Source: Acanthamoeba castellanii (taxonomy: Eukaryota). From it: a stretch of DNA of 64,000 bases. How positions within the stretch are numbered: position 1 is the stretch's first letter; the number at the start of each line of letters is the position of its first letter. Position numbers and translations under genes: made by a program. Positions 44,494 through 57,270 of this stretch are shown in pieces. Location of the stretch: positions 434,001 through 498,000 of the forward strand of contig JAJGAO010000029.1 of the NCBI GenBank assembly GCA_021020595.1, given 5' to 3'. The notes beneath the pieces were generated by a model, which made no database searches, had not been told where the DNA came from, and saw only the letters and a program-made list of their open reading frames with translations.

Positions 44494-45835
44494 GTCAGCC
44501 GCCAGCAATGACGGGCTAGTGCAGCTCCGTGCCATCATCGGCCAGGTGAAAAACTGGCTCCGAGTTGTAGACTTGATATGGTGCAAGGAATGCAGTACAT
44601 CCCAGGGGCTGCAGTCCACTCTGTTGGTACGCTCCGACGCCCTCCTCCACTTTTTTTTCTCTCGCTGGAAAATGAAATCGGCAATCAACGCTGGACTGCA
44701 TCCTCGAAGCAGGATGTCTCTGCCTCCTGCTCCTCGTCGCCAACGAAATTACCCACACCGACGGCCACAGTGGTCATGTTTGGCTCGTGTTCGGGGTGGC
44801 CGCTGAAATCCCTGGTTGTTGTTGTTGTTGTTGTTGTTGTGAAACGTGTTGGTCACCTAAGCCACAGAGCTCTCTGCTCGCATTAGTATGCCCTGCTCCG
44901 GCACGTCCTGCCTCTGTCTCCATCTTTGTCGCAGCCAGCTCCGTGGTGGTGGTTGTTGGTGGTAGGTTTGCTGCGCGTATGGCGAGCGGGTGGAGTAGAC
45001 CGTCCTGTCGCTCGAAGCTTCCTACCACGTTCCCATGTGCTTGTTAGACCCGTGAAGGAGGAACAGCTGAGCGTCGGACTCGAGCTCCTGAGGCGGTGCG
45101 CAGGGAGTGAGTTGGCGAGAGGGAGGATGCTCGGCCTCCGTTGTTGTGAACTTCTCCATACCACGTGGCCGAGCTCCTTAGTGTCGGGATGAGCAGCAGT
45201 TCGTTCCGCGTGTCGGTCTGCTTGTTGAAGCTCTCCCTGAGTTGAAACAGGTCGCCGTGGTGATGAACTTGGCGAATAGCCGTGGGTACTCCTCGTCCTG
45301 TGGCGGCGCCGGGCTCACCTTCTTCACGGGATCTCTGACGACGCCGTATGCATTCACTGGCCATGACACACGACCATGCACGACACGGTCATGCACGACA
45401 GGCATATACTGGCTGAGCAGTACCTGACCACTTGAGGCCTGCACATGGTGGTGGTGGAAAGTGAGGGACAATTGGGCTCCTCTGCACACTCAACAACCAG
45501 TTTAATCACTCACCCCTTCTTCTGGACTCCAGAGAAGTCCTTGAAGTGACCCCCATCCCACAAGGCAAAAAAACAAATCTGCACAAAGGCCAGTGAGCCA
45601 GCCCCCCAATCGACTGGACCCAGGATGGCGTCCGAGACCTCCATTGGGCCAGTCCGCCTCGCAGAAAAGAAAAAAAAAGTGGAGGAGGGCGTAGGAGCAT
45701 ACCACCAGAGTGGCCTGCAGCCCCTGGGATGTACTGCATTACTTGCTCCATGTCAAGTCTACAACTCGGAGCCAGTTTTTCACCTGGCCGATGATGGCAC
45801 GGAGCTGCACATCTTCATCATTGCTGGCGGTTGAC
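44494..45835. repeat. Diverged ~165-bp inverted duplication (44494-44658 / 45670-45835); third partial copy at ~32456-32495
   Basis: Reverse-complement match seen by eye. Confidence 0.85.
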
Positions 45836-46791
45836 CGGTCACACCTGAGGAAGGCCTCCGGATGAACGAGTGATGATCACCCGCATGTAGTCAGGAGAGC
45901 AATGAAACAAGTCCGACCACGGCCTGCGCTTGTGCTGAGCGACATCTGCATTCAAATAGCCCAGGGCACAACTAGAGAATCACCGGTCTGACCAAGGACC
46001 TGATGTGATAACAACCACCATGAGGAAGGGCCACCCGGCGATGATAATGAGTACAAAAACGAGGCAAACATGGGGACGGGGGGGACACACATCAGTTCAG
46101 GTGAGGCACAATGGTCAAATTGGCCAGCATCAAGCACTATTGCACACCAGGTGTACCACGAGAAGACGGACTTGTACAGCTTCGGTACAGGTGGCCTATG
46201 GACGGCGGGAGCACTTTGTTCAAATAAGAGGGTAGGAACCCTAAGTAGGGAATTAGTGTCGAACTCCAATCCAGCGCAGTGTGGAGGTACCTCCCTGTCC
46301 TGCCTGGCTCTCTTGGTCTGTCCAATAGAAGAATAGCAGTTAACAGAATCATCTTAGGGTTTGGTTCATAGCAAAGGACGGCCATCCCATGGGCGTTGCG
46401 CTGTGTGCCAAAAGGGAAATGCTGATGATGTCCACGCAGTGTGTAGGACTGGAGCAGCAAGCATCGCCTTGATTGTGGATGCCATCGGCCATGGTGGTAA
46501 GGTGGGAGAGGGGGGAAGCAATGGCGATGATGTGGCGGCGGCCAGAGTCGACACGGTGCTGGTGGCTGGTGGCGACGTGATGCTTTGCAGCCGGCAGCGA
46601 CGTGGTGCTGGTGGCCGGCGGTGTAGTGCTCGGGTTGAGTCTACTCCGACGAGAGTCGGGTAGCTTCCTTGTATTTTTTTTTTTGAATGGCTTACTGGGG
46701 ACATTCCGACTTCAAATGAACGAAGCGACTTTAATTAATCTCTTGGTAGTCAATCATGAATCGTCAAGGAACACCCACCTTGGACTAGGTG

Positions 46792-47173
46792 TCACACCTC
46801 CGTTTTGAGAGGGTGTGCAACGGTTATGCCGCGAGGTCCTTGTTCTGGTTCGGCGTAGGTCTCAGAGAAGTAATTGCGTTGCCCCTTGGCGAGGAAGTGT
46901 CTTAGGAGCTGACGCAGGATGAAGAGGGAGAACAGGGTGTAGGCGACGATGGCCAACTGGCTTGCATGCCTCACGCCCAGATTGCTAGCGCTGTGATCCC
47001 AGCAGAGGAGGAGGTTGATCTGGCGGACCGCGCACAGTACGAGTTGAGCGAGCATTTGGAGGGTGAATATCGAGTAGACGCACTTGCGCTGCCAGGAGCC
47101 GATGCACTGCAGATGAGCAACACACCAACACATATCATTTAGTTCATACCGCGCGGCCACGTGAAGATCAAAG

Positions 47174-47228
<55 letters not shown>

Positions 47229-47828
47229 CCAGTTGGTCCATACTCTGCTGAGACCATCCTCCTGAATGGCGTTCCAAACGATGGTGAACAGCAGCACGAG
47301 TGCGTCGGCTGCTAGACCGAGCACCACGTCGATGCACCACATGAGGGCTCCGAGCTTGTCGTCCGGCCAGTTGGTCAGGAGTTCGAAGAGGAGGAAGATG
47401 TAGTTGGCAGCGAGCAGGTAGGCCGCCGGGCTAAGCACCGTGGTACGGAGCACAATCTTGAGTTGTTCTTCCACGTGCACGACCGTCGTGCAATAGCTGT
47501 TGGCCAGGAGGAACACGACGCCGAAACACAGGTAGGCCACCCCTTCGTTCGTCGAGAAGGAGCTGTAGCTCTCGCAGCTTGCGTTGGCGTAGTGGTAGAT
47601 GGAAAGGAGGGCATAGGACGCACATGCTAGTGCGTTGAAAACCGTAGCGCTGACGAGGAGGCCGTGGAGGCCCACACAGCAGTACTGGCGTTTGTAGTCA
47701 TCTACCGTGGTGTTGGGGCTAGTCCGTGCATTGCTGCTGCTGCTGCTGCTGCTTCTGTCTTCAGCGGCATGGGCCAATAGAGGTGATATTTCCGCTTCAC
47801 AATCGACATTGATGCTATAGTTGTCCAT
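46792..47828 (-). CDS. Multi-pass membrane protein, 299 aa, two exons
   Basis: Exons 47828-47244 and 47106-46792 joined by a phase-0 GT..AG intron containing (TTG)n; several hydrophobic helices. Confidence 0.75.
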
Positions 47829-47886
47829 CGCTGTTGTGGTGGTGAGGCAATGCAGCTATGCACACTACCGCCCTTAGAAAGGGTCC

Positions 47887-48195
47887 AGATATGGCACATC
47901 GCTGGTTTACCACTGTAACCTGAGAAGCATTTAAGGGTAGAAGGGCACACATGTCACCAGATAGACCAGCAGGCCTGAGAGACCAGGCCTAGTGACCAAT
48001 GGTGGGGCAACAGGTGTCACCAGATAGACCAGGCCTTTGGGACCAGGCATATCGGGACAATCAGGTGGCCTGGTTATACCAGTGAACCAGGCCACTCTCT
48101 GTTACCAGGCAATCAGATTGTCAAGATATGTACATCACTGGTTTACCAGTGTAACCTGAGAAGCATTTACAGGGAGAAGGGCAACACGTGCCATA
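47887..48195 (+). repeat. Diverged ~70-bp direct repeats with internal TGTCACCAGATAGACCAG subrepeats
   Basis: 47887-47955 resembles 48124-48195; subrepeats at ~47952 and ~48015. Confidence 0.75.
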
Positions 48196-48447
48196 TGGGT
48201 CAACTCCTCCACCCGGTGACACTTGCCTGAACTCGAAATTCCCAGTGATTTTTGCCCGCTGCCACGAAACCTGGCACATATAAAAGCCTTGGCCGCTGAT
48301 CGTCGTCACTCACTCTAACCACATACACCCTAGCTTGAAGCTCATCATTGGAAAGGTGCCACCCACACTCCCCTCGCTTCGTACAACTACCAGGGGCACT
48401 CATACACTTGGTGTCCTCTGCACAAAAAAGTCATCACTGCTTGCAGG

Positions 48448-49335
48448 TGTATCGAGCGCGACGACAACGATCCGGTGGAAACATGAGCGATGTCTACTCC
48501 TGCTCTTGGGTGCTCCCCAACGACGAATTGGAAGTCGATGAATCTGTGTGGCTCCTCGCGGAGTACCTAAACCTGCGCCTTCCGACCCTGGACCTTTCCG
48601 TGGTTCCCATCTTCAGACTCACCCCCAAGCAAAGCAACAGATCGGCCCTCATTGCTATCAATCAGGTACGTGGTTGCCCTGACTTCATTGAGGCATTATC
48701 AGCAGGTGCAGGTAATAATAATCCACTGTTCAGCGTGCCTTGATTGGGCTGCTCCACTATGCGGCCAAGCTCCACATGGACGTCCAGCGCGACTTGCTCG
48801 TCGTGTATGTCCTTTCCGGATGTCTCTTGGGACTGTCCCTGGAGGACGTGGAGCAGTTGAAGCACTTCAAGAGGAACACGTTCTCCAGCAACATGCGCGA
48901 CTGCCTACGTCACCTATGCGAGGTATTGGGCATCGACCCCGACACTCACCCGGCGGTACGTTAAAACGTGGGCCTGGTCTCATCCCCCATAAAGGGGACT
49001 CTGGGTCCTCCTTCCCTCGCCTCCCCCCCCAAAATTAGTGTATATCGCCGCCTAATGATGTGTTTTCTGACGTGTTCTCCGGAAGTGTAGGTTCGAAAGG
49101 CCTACCAAGTCTTCAACCTCCTCCTGCCCTCGAAGCCCTCCATCCCCTACCCTCCATCCGGGGGATCCAACTGGGACTTTACCCGTCCTAGAGTGTCGCA
49201 GCAGCAGCAGCAGCAACAACAACAACAGCAACAGCAGCAGCAGCAACAGAAGCAGCTGGAGCAGACTCAAGAGCTTCTTCAACAAGTTCTTCAGCTTCAG
49301 ATTCGCCAGCTGAGCGATGGCAGGAAGAACGAGTG
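48448..49335 (+). CDS. Spliced hypothetical gene fragment with poly-Q tail
   Basis: GTACGT donors near 48667 and 48956, coding-like exons, CAG/CAA run 49198-49260. Confidence 0.45.
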
Positions 49336-51560
49336 ACTGCTGCTGGGTTGATTGAACATGCATGCCAATCTCAGCAGTGCTTTTGCCTGGTTAAAGCGTT
49401 CCATTCAAACTGCGATGTCTCTGTTCTTCTTGCTGTCATCCATGTTGGCCCTGAGATGTTTGTGGCCTCCACAGTCATGTGTAGGACATGTATGTCATGC
49501 ACCCGCCAGTAGTGAGTCCTCATGCCTCGCCTGATTTCAACAAACACACTTCTAGTCCAGCGCTGCTTTCTGGTTATGGGAGTGATCAGGGGTCTTCCCA
49601 TCTCTGTGGTCGGCTTGCTTCCTCAACCACCTCGCCTTGTTCTTCGTCAGCGAAGGAAGCGTGCACGGAGGGTAGATGGTGGAGGATGTCAGCAGGCGAT
49701 TCCAAGACCCAGGGTCACCAGTGTCATGCGGGTAAGGACTCTCACCTGGGACAAAAAAGTAGAACGTGCTTGTGGTGGAGATGAATGGGAAGGCCAATGT
49801 GAAGAAGAGGGAAGGTGTTTGCTAAGCAAGCCACCTCTCAAGCTTCAAAAAAACATACACCAAATGCACATACATTGTGTGATCATAATGTTGAGAGAAG
49901 AGGACGTGAGTGACGCTCCAAGAGATAACCAACTTGACATGGAGTGGGATCGAGAGACATGGCTGTGAACCAATGTCTCAATTGGCAGCAAGTTGTCGCT
50001 GCTCCTCAATTTAGCAACATGTTAATACCAAGATGGTGGAGTTAGTGGGTAAAATATTACCCCAACAAGGCTGTTGTTGCTGTTGTTGTGTGGTGGCCTC
50101 TTTTCCCTCCTGTCAACTCATAGTGACGGTCTTGCCCGCCACCCGTAGCCTCTCTGCATGTCGCCCTGCACGCAGATGTTGTACGACCTTGACCGCCAAG
50201 TGGAGCGCTCGATTGACATCGCCACCCCCGCTGGCAGAAGCAGAACAGTCCGTCTACCGCACCTGAGTCCGAAATTGAGCCATACACGGCGGAACAAGAG
50301 AGATGGGAGCGAACGGTGGTCCGTCCATCTTTCACCTATGTTCTACTCCGTGGACTCCCCCTCTCCCTCCTGGTCCAAAACCACCTGGGGCTGCAACGGA
50401 TGCGCCCTGTGCACCGAAGCAGGCACGAGATCACCGTCCGTACGCGGATGCCAGAACCAAACACCGTGAAGAACGCACGAAAACAGGATGTATGGTGGCC
50501 TCAGCCCCGCATGCAGGTCGGCTGGGAGCGCGTGGGTAATTGCAGAGTGCACGCCAGATCTTGAACGTGTATCTTCTCCCAGGCGCACGTCCAGGTGTGC
50601 CTGAGCAATCAGACCGGCGTTTTGGGGGTGCCTCATGCCCACCGGACAGAGTCAGGCTGCCACGTCGCTGACCTTACCACAGTGGCCAAGCATATGGGCC
50701 TTCCAAGCCTGCCTATATCCGCCCAGGTGAGATCCCCAGCTGGGCAGCTGCTCTGCATCACATTGCTGCACCTGGAGGTACATACCTCCTCAAGGCATCA
50801 CTAGAATCCTCACTCACACTGCTCACTCACTCGCTCCCTGCCACTTTGCTGGCGTCCTCACCAACAGAGAGGCCTTTATCCAACGGATGACCCGTGAGCC
50901 AAGTTGCGTGGCGCCTAGAAGGAACAGGGCACGCCCCATGCACGAGGTTAGAGCACCATCTGGTATTTCGACCCACAGTGAGCAACGCTGGGGAAGCGAA
51001 GCGAATAAGAAAAGACTGGATGTCAAGGACAGGCAACCCTTTCCAATATCCACAAAGGGACCGCTCTCTCTTTGTGCCCCACTCACCATGTCCGCTAACA
51101 GGCTTTGGATTCAAGCCACATTGGCGCCATCTTTGGAAAGATATGCACGGGTGCGTGAGACAGCACCTCACACCAGCCATCACCAGCCTAAAGATGCATG
51201 TGGGCCTTGATCACGTGAGTGGGGGCGCGCCTCGCGCTGGGCCACAGCGAGGTGATGAAGCCGTTGCCAGTTGGATTAGGGAAGGAAAGAGTGAAGGAGT
51301 GGTATCACGGCAGGATGATTAGTGGAAAAGCTCAGTCAGTGATGGGCGTGAGATGTTGGGATTGGCCATGAATCAAAGAGAGTGCACTCACCAGAACCTT
51401 GCCAGAGGTGGTCGTCCTGCGACAGCACCCAAAGGCGCCGGTTCACAAGCCCCACACCGTAGCATAGCGCCATGACGGCGGATTCTCCTCCTCATCGCCT
51501 GAAGCCTTTAGGGCACAAGCAATAGCACCTCATCAGGCACGTCGTCCCACGAGGCCATCA

Positions 51561-52849
51561 TCATGGACACCAGCCATAAGAAACAAAAAGTGAAGAGAAC
51601 TTCCAACCTTGTTCTTTCAGCGGCAGGCAGGAGGAATCACAATAACTGCCACCCCTCTTACGGCCAGAACTGCAGCAGATCTGGCCGCCTGAACAGCACT
51701 GCCCGATCCCTGCAGGGTTTCCCTCGGGAGGCTCGGTGCAGGGGATCGTGTTGGGCGGACAGCAGTAGGTCCCGCTTGGCGCCGGGACCATGCCAATCCG
51801 CGAGCAGCACACCGCGCCGGCACGGGATGAAACGCAACTCTCGGGACAGCATGACGAGCCGTAGAGGTTGGTGCAGCAGGAGCCCGTGCATGAGATCCAA
51901 GGCACTGGGCTGCAGCCGGTGCTGCTGTTGTCGTATGCTGACGCTAGCGGGGCCAGGGCGCGGGCGTCCTCCCTCCTCATGTGGCTCGCCGCAATAGCTT
52001 GCGTGATGTTGACCAGGCAGACGTTGGTCGGTGGAAGCGAGGGCGAAGGCAACGCCAAGTGGACCGTGCTGCCATGTTGCTTGATCATCGCGTGCATGGG
52101 GCAACTCCATTTCTCGTTGACGACGAGCTGGAACAGGAGCCCCAAGTTGTAGCCCATGCCGCACCAGTTCTGCGCTCCCCACGCTGATTGACCAAAGGTG
52201 TGTAGTGCACGATCGTCAACACAATGTCTGATAAGAGACGTCCACTACGCAACCACATGGCATGTGGGGTGGGGGTGGGGGGTACCCTTGAGGATGTCAA
52301 ACATGAGGGCATTTGCCTCATATCGCTTGATGAAGAAGTGGGCCGCCAGCTGAAGATCTTTGCCCCAGCTTGCGAACTTGACCCACACCTTGACGAGCCG
52401 CACGACCCACTCCTCGGCCTTGCAGGCAGTCAGGGCCTCCTTGAGCGGCGGCACCAGACTCGCGATGCCCTCAGTCACGTTGAGGACATACCTCGCCACC
52501 GACCAGCCCGTCATGGGAGCTGGCACGGCCGCACGCGAGTCGTGGAAGCCAGCGAGGAGTTCTCCTCGGTGAACTTGATCATGCCGACAGCACAGTCGAA
52601 GATGCAGAAGGAGTACATGGCGCCCTGGACCAGAAACGTTGGTATTTCGTTTGAGCCACGCGGCGGGGTTGAGGCCATGCAGGCGTTGTTCACTGCCGCT
52701 GTGGCAGAGACGGCCTCCGGATAGCAGCGAGGTCCTGTTAGCTCCTGTTGCAGGCCATTATTGTTGCCAGAGTCGCACAGGACGCCGCTGAGGCACAGGC
52801 CGATGACGAAAAGGAGAGTGGCCAGATGAGCCACGACACAGCGAAGCAT
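51561..52849 (-). pseudogene. Secreted protein with C-terminal CC-rich (granulin-like) region, frameshifted
   Basis: Signal peptide MLRCVVAHLATLLFVIGLCLSG, an intron near 52286-52187, repeated CC pairs. Confidence 0.55.
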
Positions 52850-54059
52850 GACTGGTGGGTGGGTGGGTGGTATGCGTTGGTGCTGGAGCTTCCACGGTAA
52901 TGGCCTGGCCGAAGGCGTGAGGGGCACAATAATAAAATTTGGTGGCGACCTGAATTACTTTATGGCTGATGTGTCACCTGGTTTGGTTTCAAACCGGGGT
53001 TACCACCCAATGTGTGACGACACTCTTGGGCACGTATATGTTCCTATGACACTCCAAACGTCTGAAAGAACCCACCCGGTGACCCATCATTCCATTGTTC
53101 CTTGCACTAGCGCTGTTGGCCTTGGCCCCTTTGGCACACTGCAAAAACGGATGGGCCAAGAAAACCGAGAAAATGGGCCTGCCTTAGACCACCCAAGACC
53201 ATCCGAGAATCCCAGCTGAACGGAACGTAGCGATTCTTCGATGCAAGGTACTCGAGGAAAAGGGCTGTTGTATTTGTGGTATAAAATCGAGCATCCATTG
53301 CATTACTCCTCAGCGGAACTCGGGCCAGCAGGTAGGCGTGGCTGCCAGTCTCCAGCAGCTTGCGATTGCCTGCGATGAAGGTCAGGATGTCAACCCGCTT
53401 CTGCTTGTAGGGTGGTGCGGCACTGCCACAGCTGCACGAACTTGTCAGTGTCAACCAGGAACACAAAGTCAAAGTCGGCCTGAAACCACACGAACCCATC
53501 CCACACGTGACCTTGTCATCGCGGCCCAGCACATCGATGACAACAGTGACCCGCTCCAGCACCCGGGTGGCCCGCCAGGCACTGCTTGCCGGCCTTGATG
53601 TCCAGATCGACTGAAGTCATGGGCGAGCACTACCCGGGGGGCTTGGGTGGGGAGCAGGCTAGTCAGCCCATGTACCACCTCGCCGGCGAGCATTTCCTAT
53701 GCGAGGCGAGCACCAGCGATTTAATTAGATTGAGGATTGATGAATTTCTGAATTTTGAATGGGGCAACGTACATGGCAGAGCGGCGCGGTCACCATTGCA
53801 AGGTGGATTAGCAAAATAGAGGGGGGGCAAAAGGGGGTTGCTACATCTCAAGTAGGGAGTGCCCCGGCTCGGGGAGCTCTAGCGAAAGATGGCGCGAACA
53901 GAATATCCAAATTTGTCTCACCTGCAACTTGGTGACAAGAAAAAGAGAAAATAAAAGAAATTGAAACGTAGGCCTAATCATCGCTGACGATTTCATCTAT
54001 TGCAAGCCCCGCATGCAAGGCAGCTCCCCACGCCCTTGCCTTCGGCTTCTTTATGCGAC

Positions 54060-54390
54060 GCCCTCTGCATCTGTCTCGGCTTCGCCTCGGTTTCAGCGCC
54101 TCGGCTTCGCCCAACGCATCCGCCTCAGCCACGCCCTCGGCATCAGTATCGGCAGCGCCGTCGGCCTCGCCCACAATTTTGGTGAGCCCGATGCCGTCGA
54201 CCCTGCCCTCGGCCTCAGCCTCGCCAAATGCATCCGCATCAGCGACTCCCTCGGCCTCGGCTTCGGCCTCGGCCTCCCCTTCGCAGTCGGCCTCGCCTTC
54301 TGCCGGCGCCTCGCCGTCGACCACCCCCTCCGGTTCACCCACCCCTTCTACCTCGGAAACGTGCCAAGCACCACGGCTCCGTTTCACGTG
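54060..54390 (+). other. Ser/Ala/Pro-rich mucin-like coding fragment
   Basis: SASASPNASASATPSAS repeated twice. Confidence 0.5.
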
Positions 54391-54394
54391 TGAT

Positions 54395-54695
54395 GCTTGG
54401 GTGGTGCGTGGTGTGTAGTGAGTGGGTGCGTGGGTGCGTGGCGCGTGGCGCTTAGGTGGTGCGTGGTGCGTGCGTAGTGCGTGGTGTGTAGTGCGTGGTG
54501 TGTGGTGCTTAGGTGCTTATGTGGTGCGTGGCGCGTGGCGTGTGGCGTGTGGCGCTTAGGTGGTGCGTGGTGCGTGGTGCGTGGTGCGTGGCGCTTAGGT
54601 GGTGCGTGGTGCGTGGTGCGCGGTGCGTGGTGCTTGGCGCGTGGGTGCGTGGTGCGTGGGTGTGGGCGCGTGGTGCGTGGCGCGTGGTGTGTTGT
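54395..54695 (+). repeat. Degenerate (GTGGC/GTGCG)n satellite with GCTTAGG cores
   Basis: Direct observation. Confidence 0.9.
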
Positions 54696-55654
54696 GCATG
54701 GTCATACGTTTCATGCACCTTCGTGGCAAGAAGCTAAGGCGCGGCCAGCTGCAGGTCTTCCAACAGCGTTGGAGACTTGTATATTTTTGAACAGTAGAAT
54801 AACTTCATACAATCCTCGAGTCCCTTCCCTTCCCGCCTCGGACGCATCGTGTTTCTTCGAGCCTCTTTTGGTGGGCCGGGATCATCGAGGTTCTTCGCCC
54901 AGCGCCTCCCAATTCCATCGACAGTCTGCGTCGGGGCGCAGATCCTCGCGGATCCCGGCCCATCCGTTTTCCCAGTGCAGGCACTGTGCGCACGCGAGAA
55001 CACCGTTCGTCTATCATCGCACTATGAGTCAAAATGATCCATATGTGTCAAAATGTTCCATATGAGCAAGAGGTCGACAAAACCCTTGCTGTGCACCTCG
55101 TGATGGGCAGGTGCTCCCGGATCATCTCGCCCGCCAGCGCGCACCAGACGGTTCCTTCTACGCGCATTGGTACGCTGGCAGTCAAGCACCACCAACAGTT
55201 GAACTCACCCCAGGTGAGGCCCCCGCTAAAGGGCGCGGCGATGTAGGTCCCCAAGATGTCCCAGTGGGGAGGCCAGAAGCGGTGAAAAGATGAACTTGTG
55301 CAGCGCGTCAGGGTTGGCCTTGTTTCCTTGGAGCCAGAACTTCCCACAGCAGCTCATTGAGAGGCAGCACAGAAAAGTGGTACCAACGTGAATGCGAGTG
55401 CAAATGCGAGTGCGAAATCGAAAGTGAGTGCGAATGCGAGTGCGAAAACAAATGCGAATGCGGAGTCGCTAGGGAACGACACGTGGTAGGAAGCGTTCGA
55501 GAGACAGGGACAGACTACTTCCCCCTCCGCCAACAACCACCAACCACCAGCACAGAGCTGGACGTGACAGAGACGGAGACAGAGGGAGGTTGTCCCCCAC
55601 TCCATCTCTTTTCTCTTCAAGGCGCTACTCTTCCCCCATCAGAGCCCGTGGGAA

Positions 55655-57270
55655 TGTGTGCTGCCAGACTACCAGGAGTGCCTTGCCTCCAAGCACAGCC
55701 GCATCGATATTGCTCCGTGGAAACTCGTTCTAGGACCGTCCGACGCGCTTGCTGAGCTCAAAGACTTTGTGGACTTCCAGGAGAAGCTTGGCCTGGAGTT
55801 TTCGGAAATGGCCGAGGGCTATGCCACCCTGACCTCGTTTTCTGCCGACCACCTTTCTCGGCTTGAGCTCCTTCTTGAAGGCCGGCAGCAGGTCCAGGTC
55901 CAGGAACGTCTCCGCGTTGGTGCTCGCCGAGAACTGCTCGTCCAGCATGTACACTTTACTTCTGCAAGTGCATGTTCGGCTTCGCATCCAACGCGCAGAG
56001 CACTTCCATGCTGGCTGCGTTGCTGGCCTGTGCCTACAACTCCTTTGAGTCCTTCAAGCTCGCCAGCAGGAACCGAGAGCAGCGTATTCAGTTCTTGCCA
56101 CCCTGGCCGACCAACACGAGGCGCGAGTCCTGACGAGCAAGCCTCCCTAGCGGTGCGATTCGAATGCACAAGCGGGTGTTCTCGCCATGCGCCTCTACAA
56201 TACTAAGCGGTCCAAGGGCCGAGTATGCTTCGTCTGCTGCAACGTCAAGTTCCGCGATCACATGCGGTACGACTCCGTTCCATGTCCCACTGCAATGTAG
56301 GTCTCTCTATTCTCGCGAACAAATGCTCACGCATTCCTTCAAGGAAGCAGCTGCTGTGGAAGCGTAACGAGAAGCATTGGATCGTAACTCTCGATGAGCT
56401 CTTCGGTACGCTGCTGGCACGTCACGGCAGGCAACCCACGCAGCAGACGCCGCTCGAAGAGAAGCTTCGCACGCTCAAAGCGATGGACATCGACCCTTGG
56501 GCGGAGCCTATCATCATCGACGAGGGTTAGGTCTTCCCCACCGCTGCCATCGAATATATCAAGGCAGTTCACATTCCAAGAGGCGGTGACGACGACGAAA
56601 ACGAAGAAGAAGAAGAAAACGAACCAGCGATATCGCCGTCCTTCTTCCGAAGCGAGAGGGCATCCCACTACTCAATCGGATCGAAGCCCATCTCTCGGCT
56701 GACTGCCTCAAAGGCGGTACTTCCCCTCCCCGAGAGGAGGCCAGGTCCGGACGACTACAGGGAGGAGCGGCTGCAGGCCAAGGTTGCCTACATAGGAGAG
56801 TCTCGGGTGCGTCATCACCTCGCCGTCGCTTGCAGCCAGGAGGAATTGCGCCGGCTTCAGGACACGAAGCTTCTTCACCCTTCGGTGGGCCGACAGATTG
56901 CAAGGCACCGCAGAGGAGATATGCTCGAGTGTCCCAAGGCGATGACCAACGGCAAGAGACAGGCGCCCGAATCAAAGTTGAAGACTCGACACCCACAAAA
57001 GAAGGAAAGAAGTCCACGACACAGAAGGTGAGGACATTACTTTGGCAGAGCCCGAAGAGGAGGAGAAGGGCCTGCGGGAGGAGCTCAAATTCGGCGAACG
57101 TTGGCTCGGGATGCGGAACGGCGACAAATACGATCTCCATCAAGGGATCTGCGCAAGCGAGCCGACCCCCTCTTCAAGACATTACCGCCACGATTCCATC
57201 ACGTCAACGACCGCGACTCGTGAGAACGCCTCGGGGTGGTTCCCACGATGCGAGCATGTTATAACCGGGT
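55655..57270 (+). pseudogene. Broken multi-exon gene with a possible C-terminal TRF-like Myb domain
   Basis: Coding-like pieces; near 57030-57200: W/EPEEEEKGLREELKFGERWLGMRNGDKYDL..LQD. Confidence 0.35.

Noticed and set aside
46130..46205. Kinase subdomain-IX-like YHEKTDLYSFG
   Set aside because: Too short, with no other kinase motifs nearby
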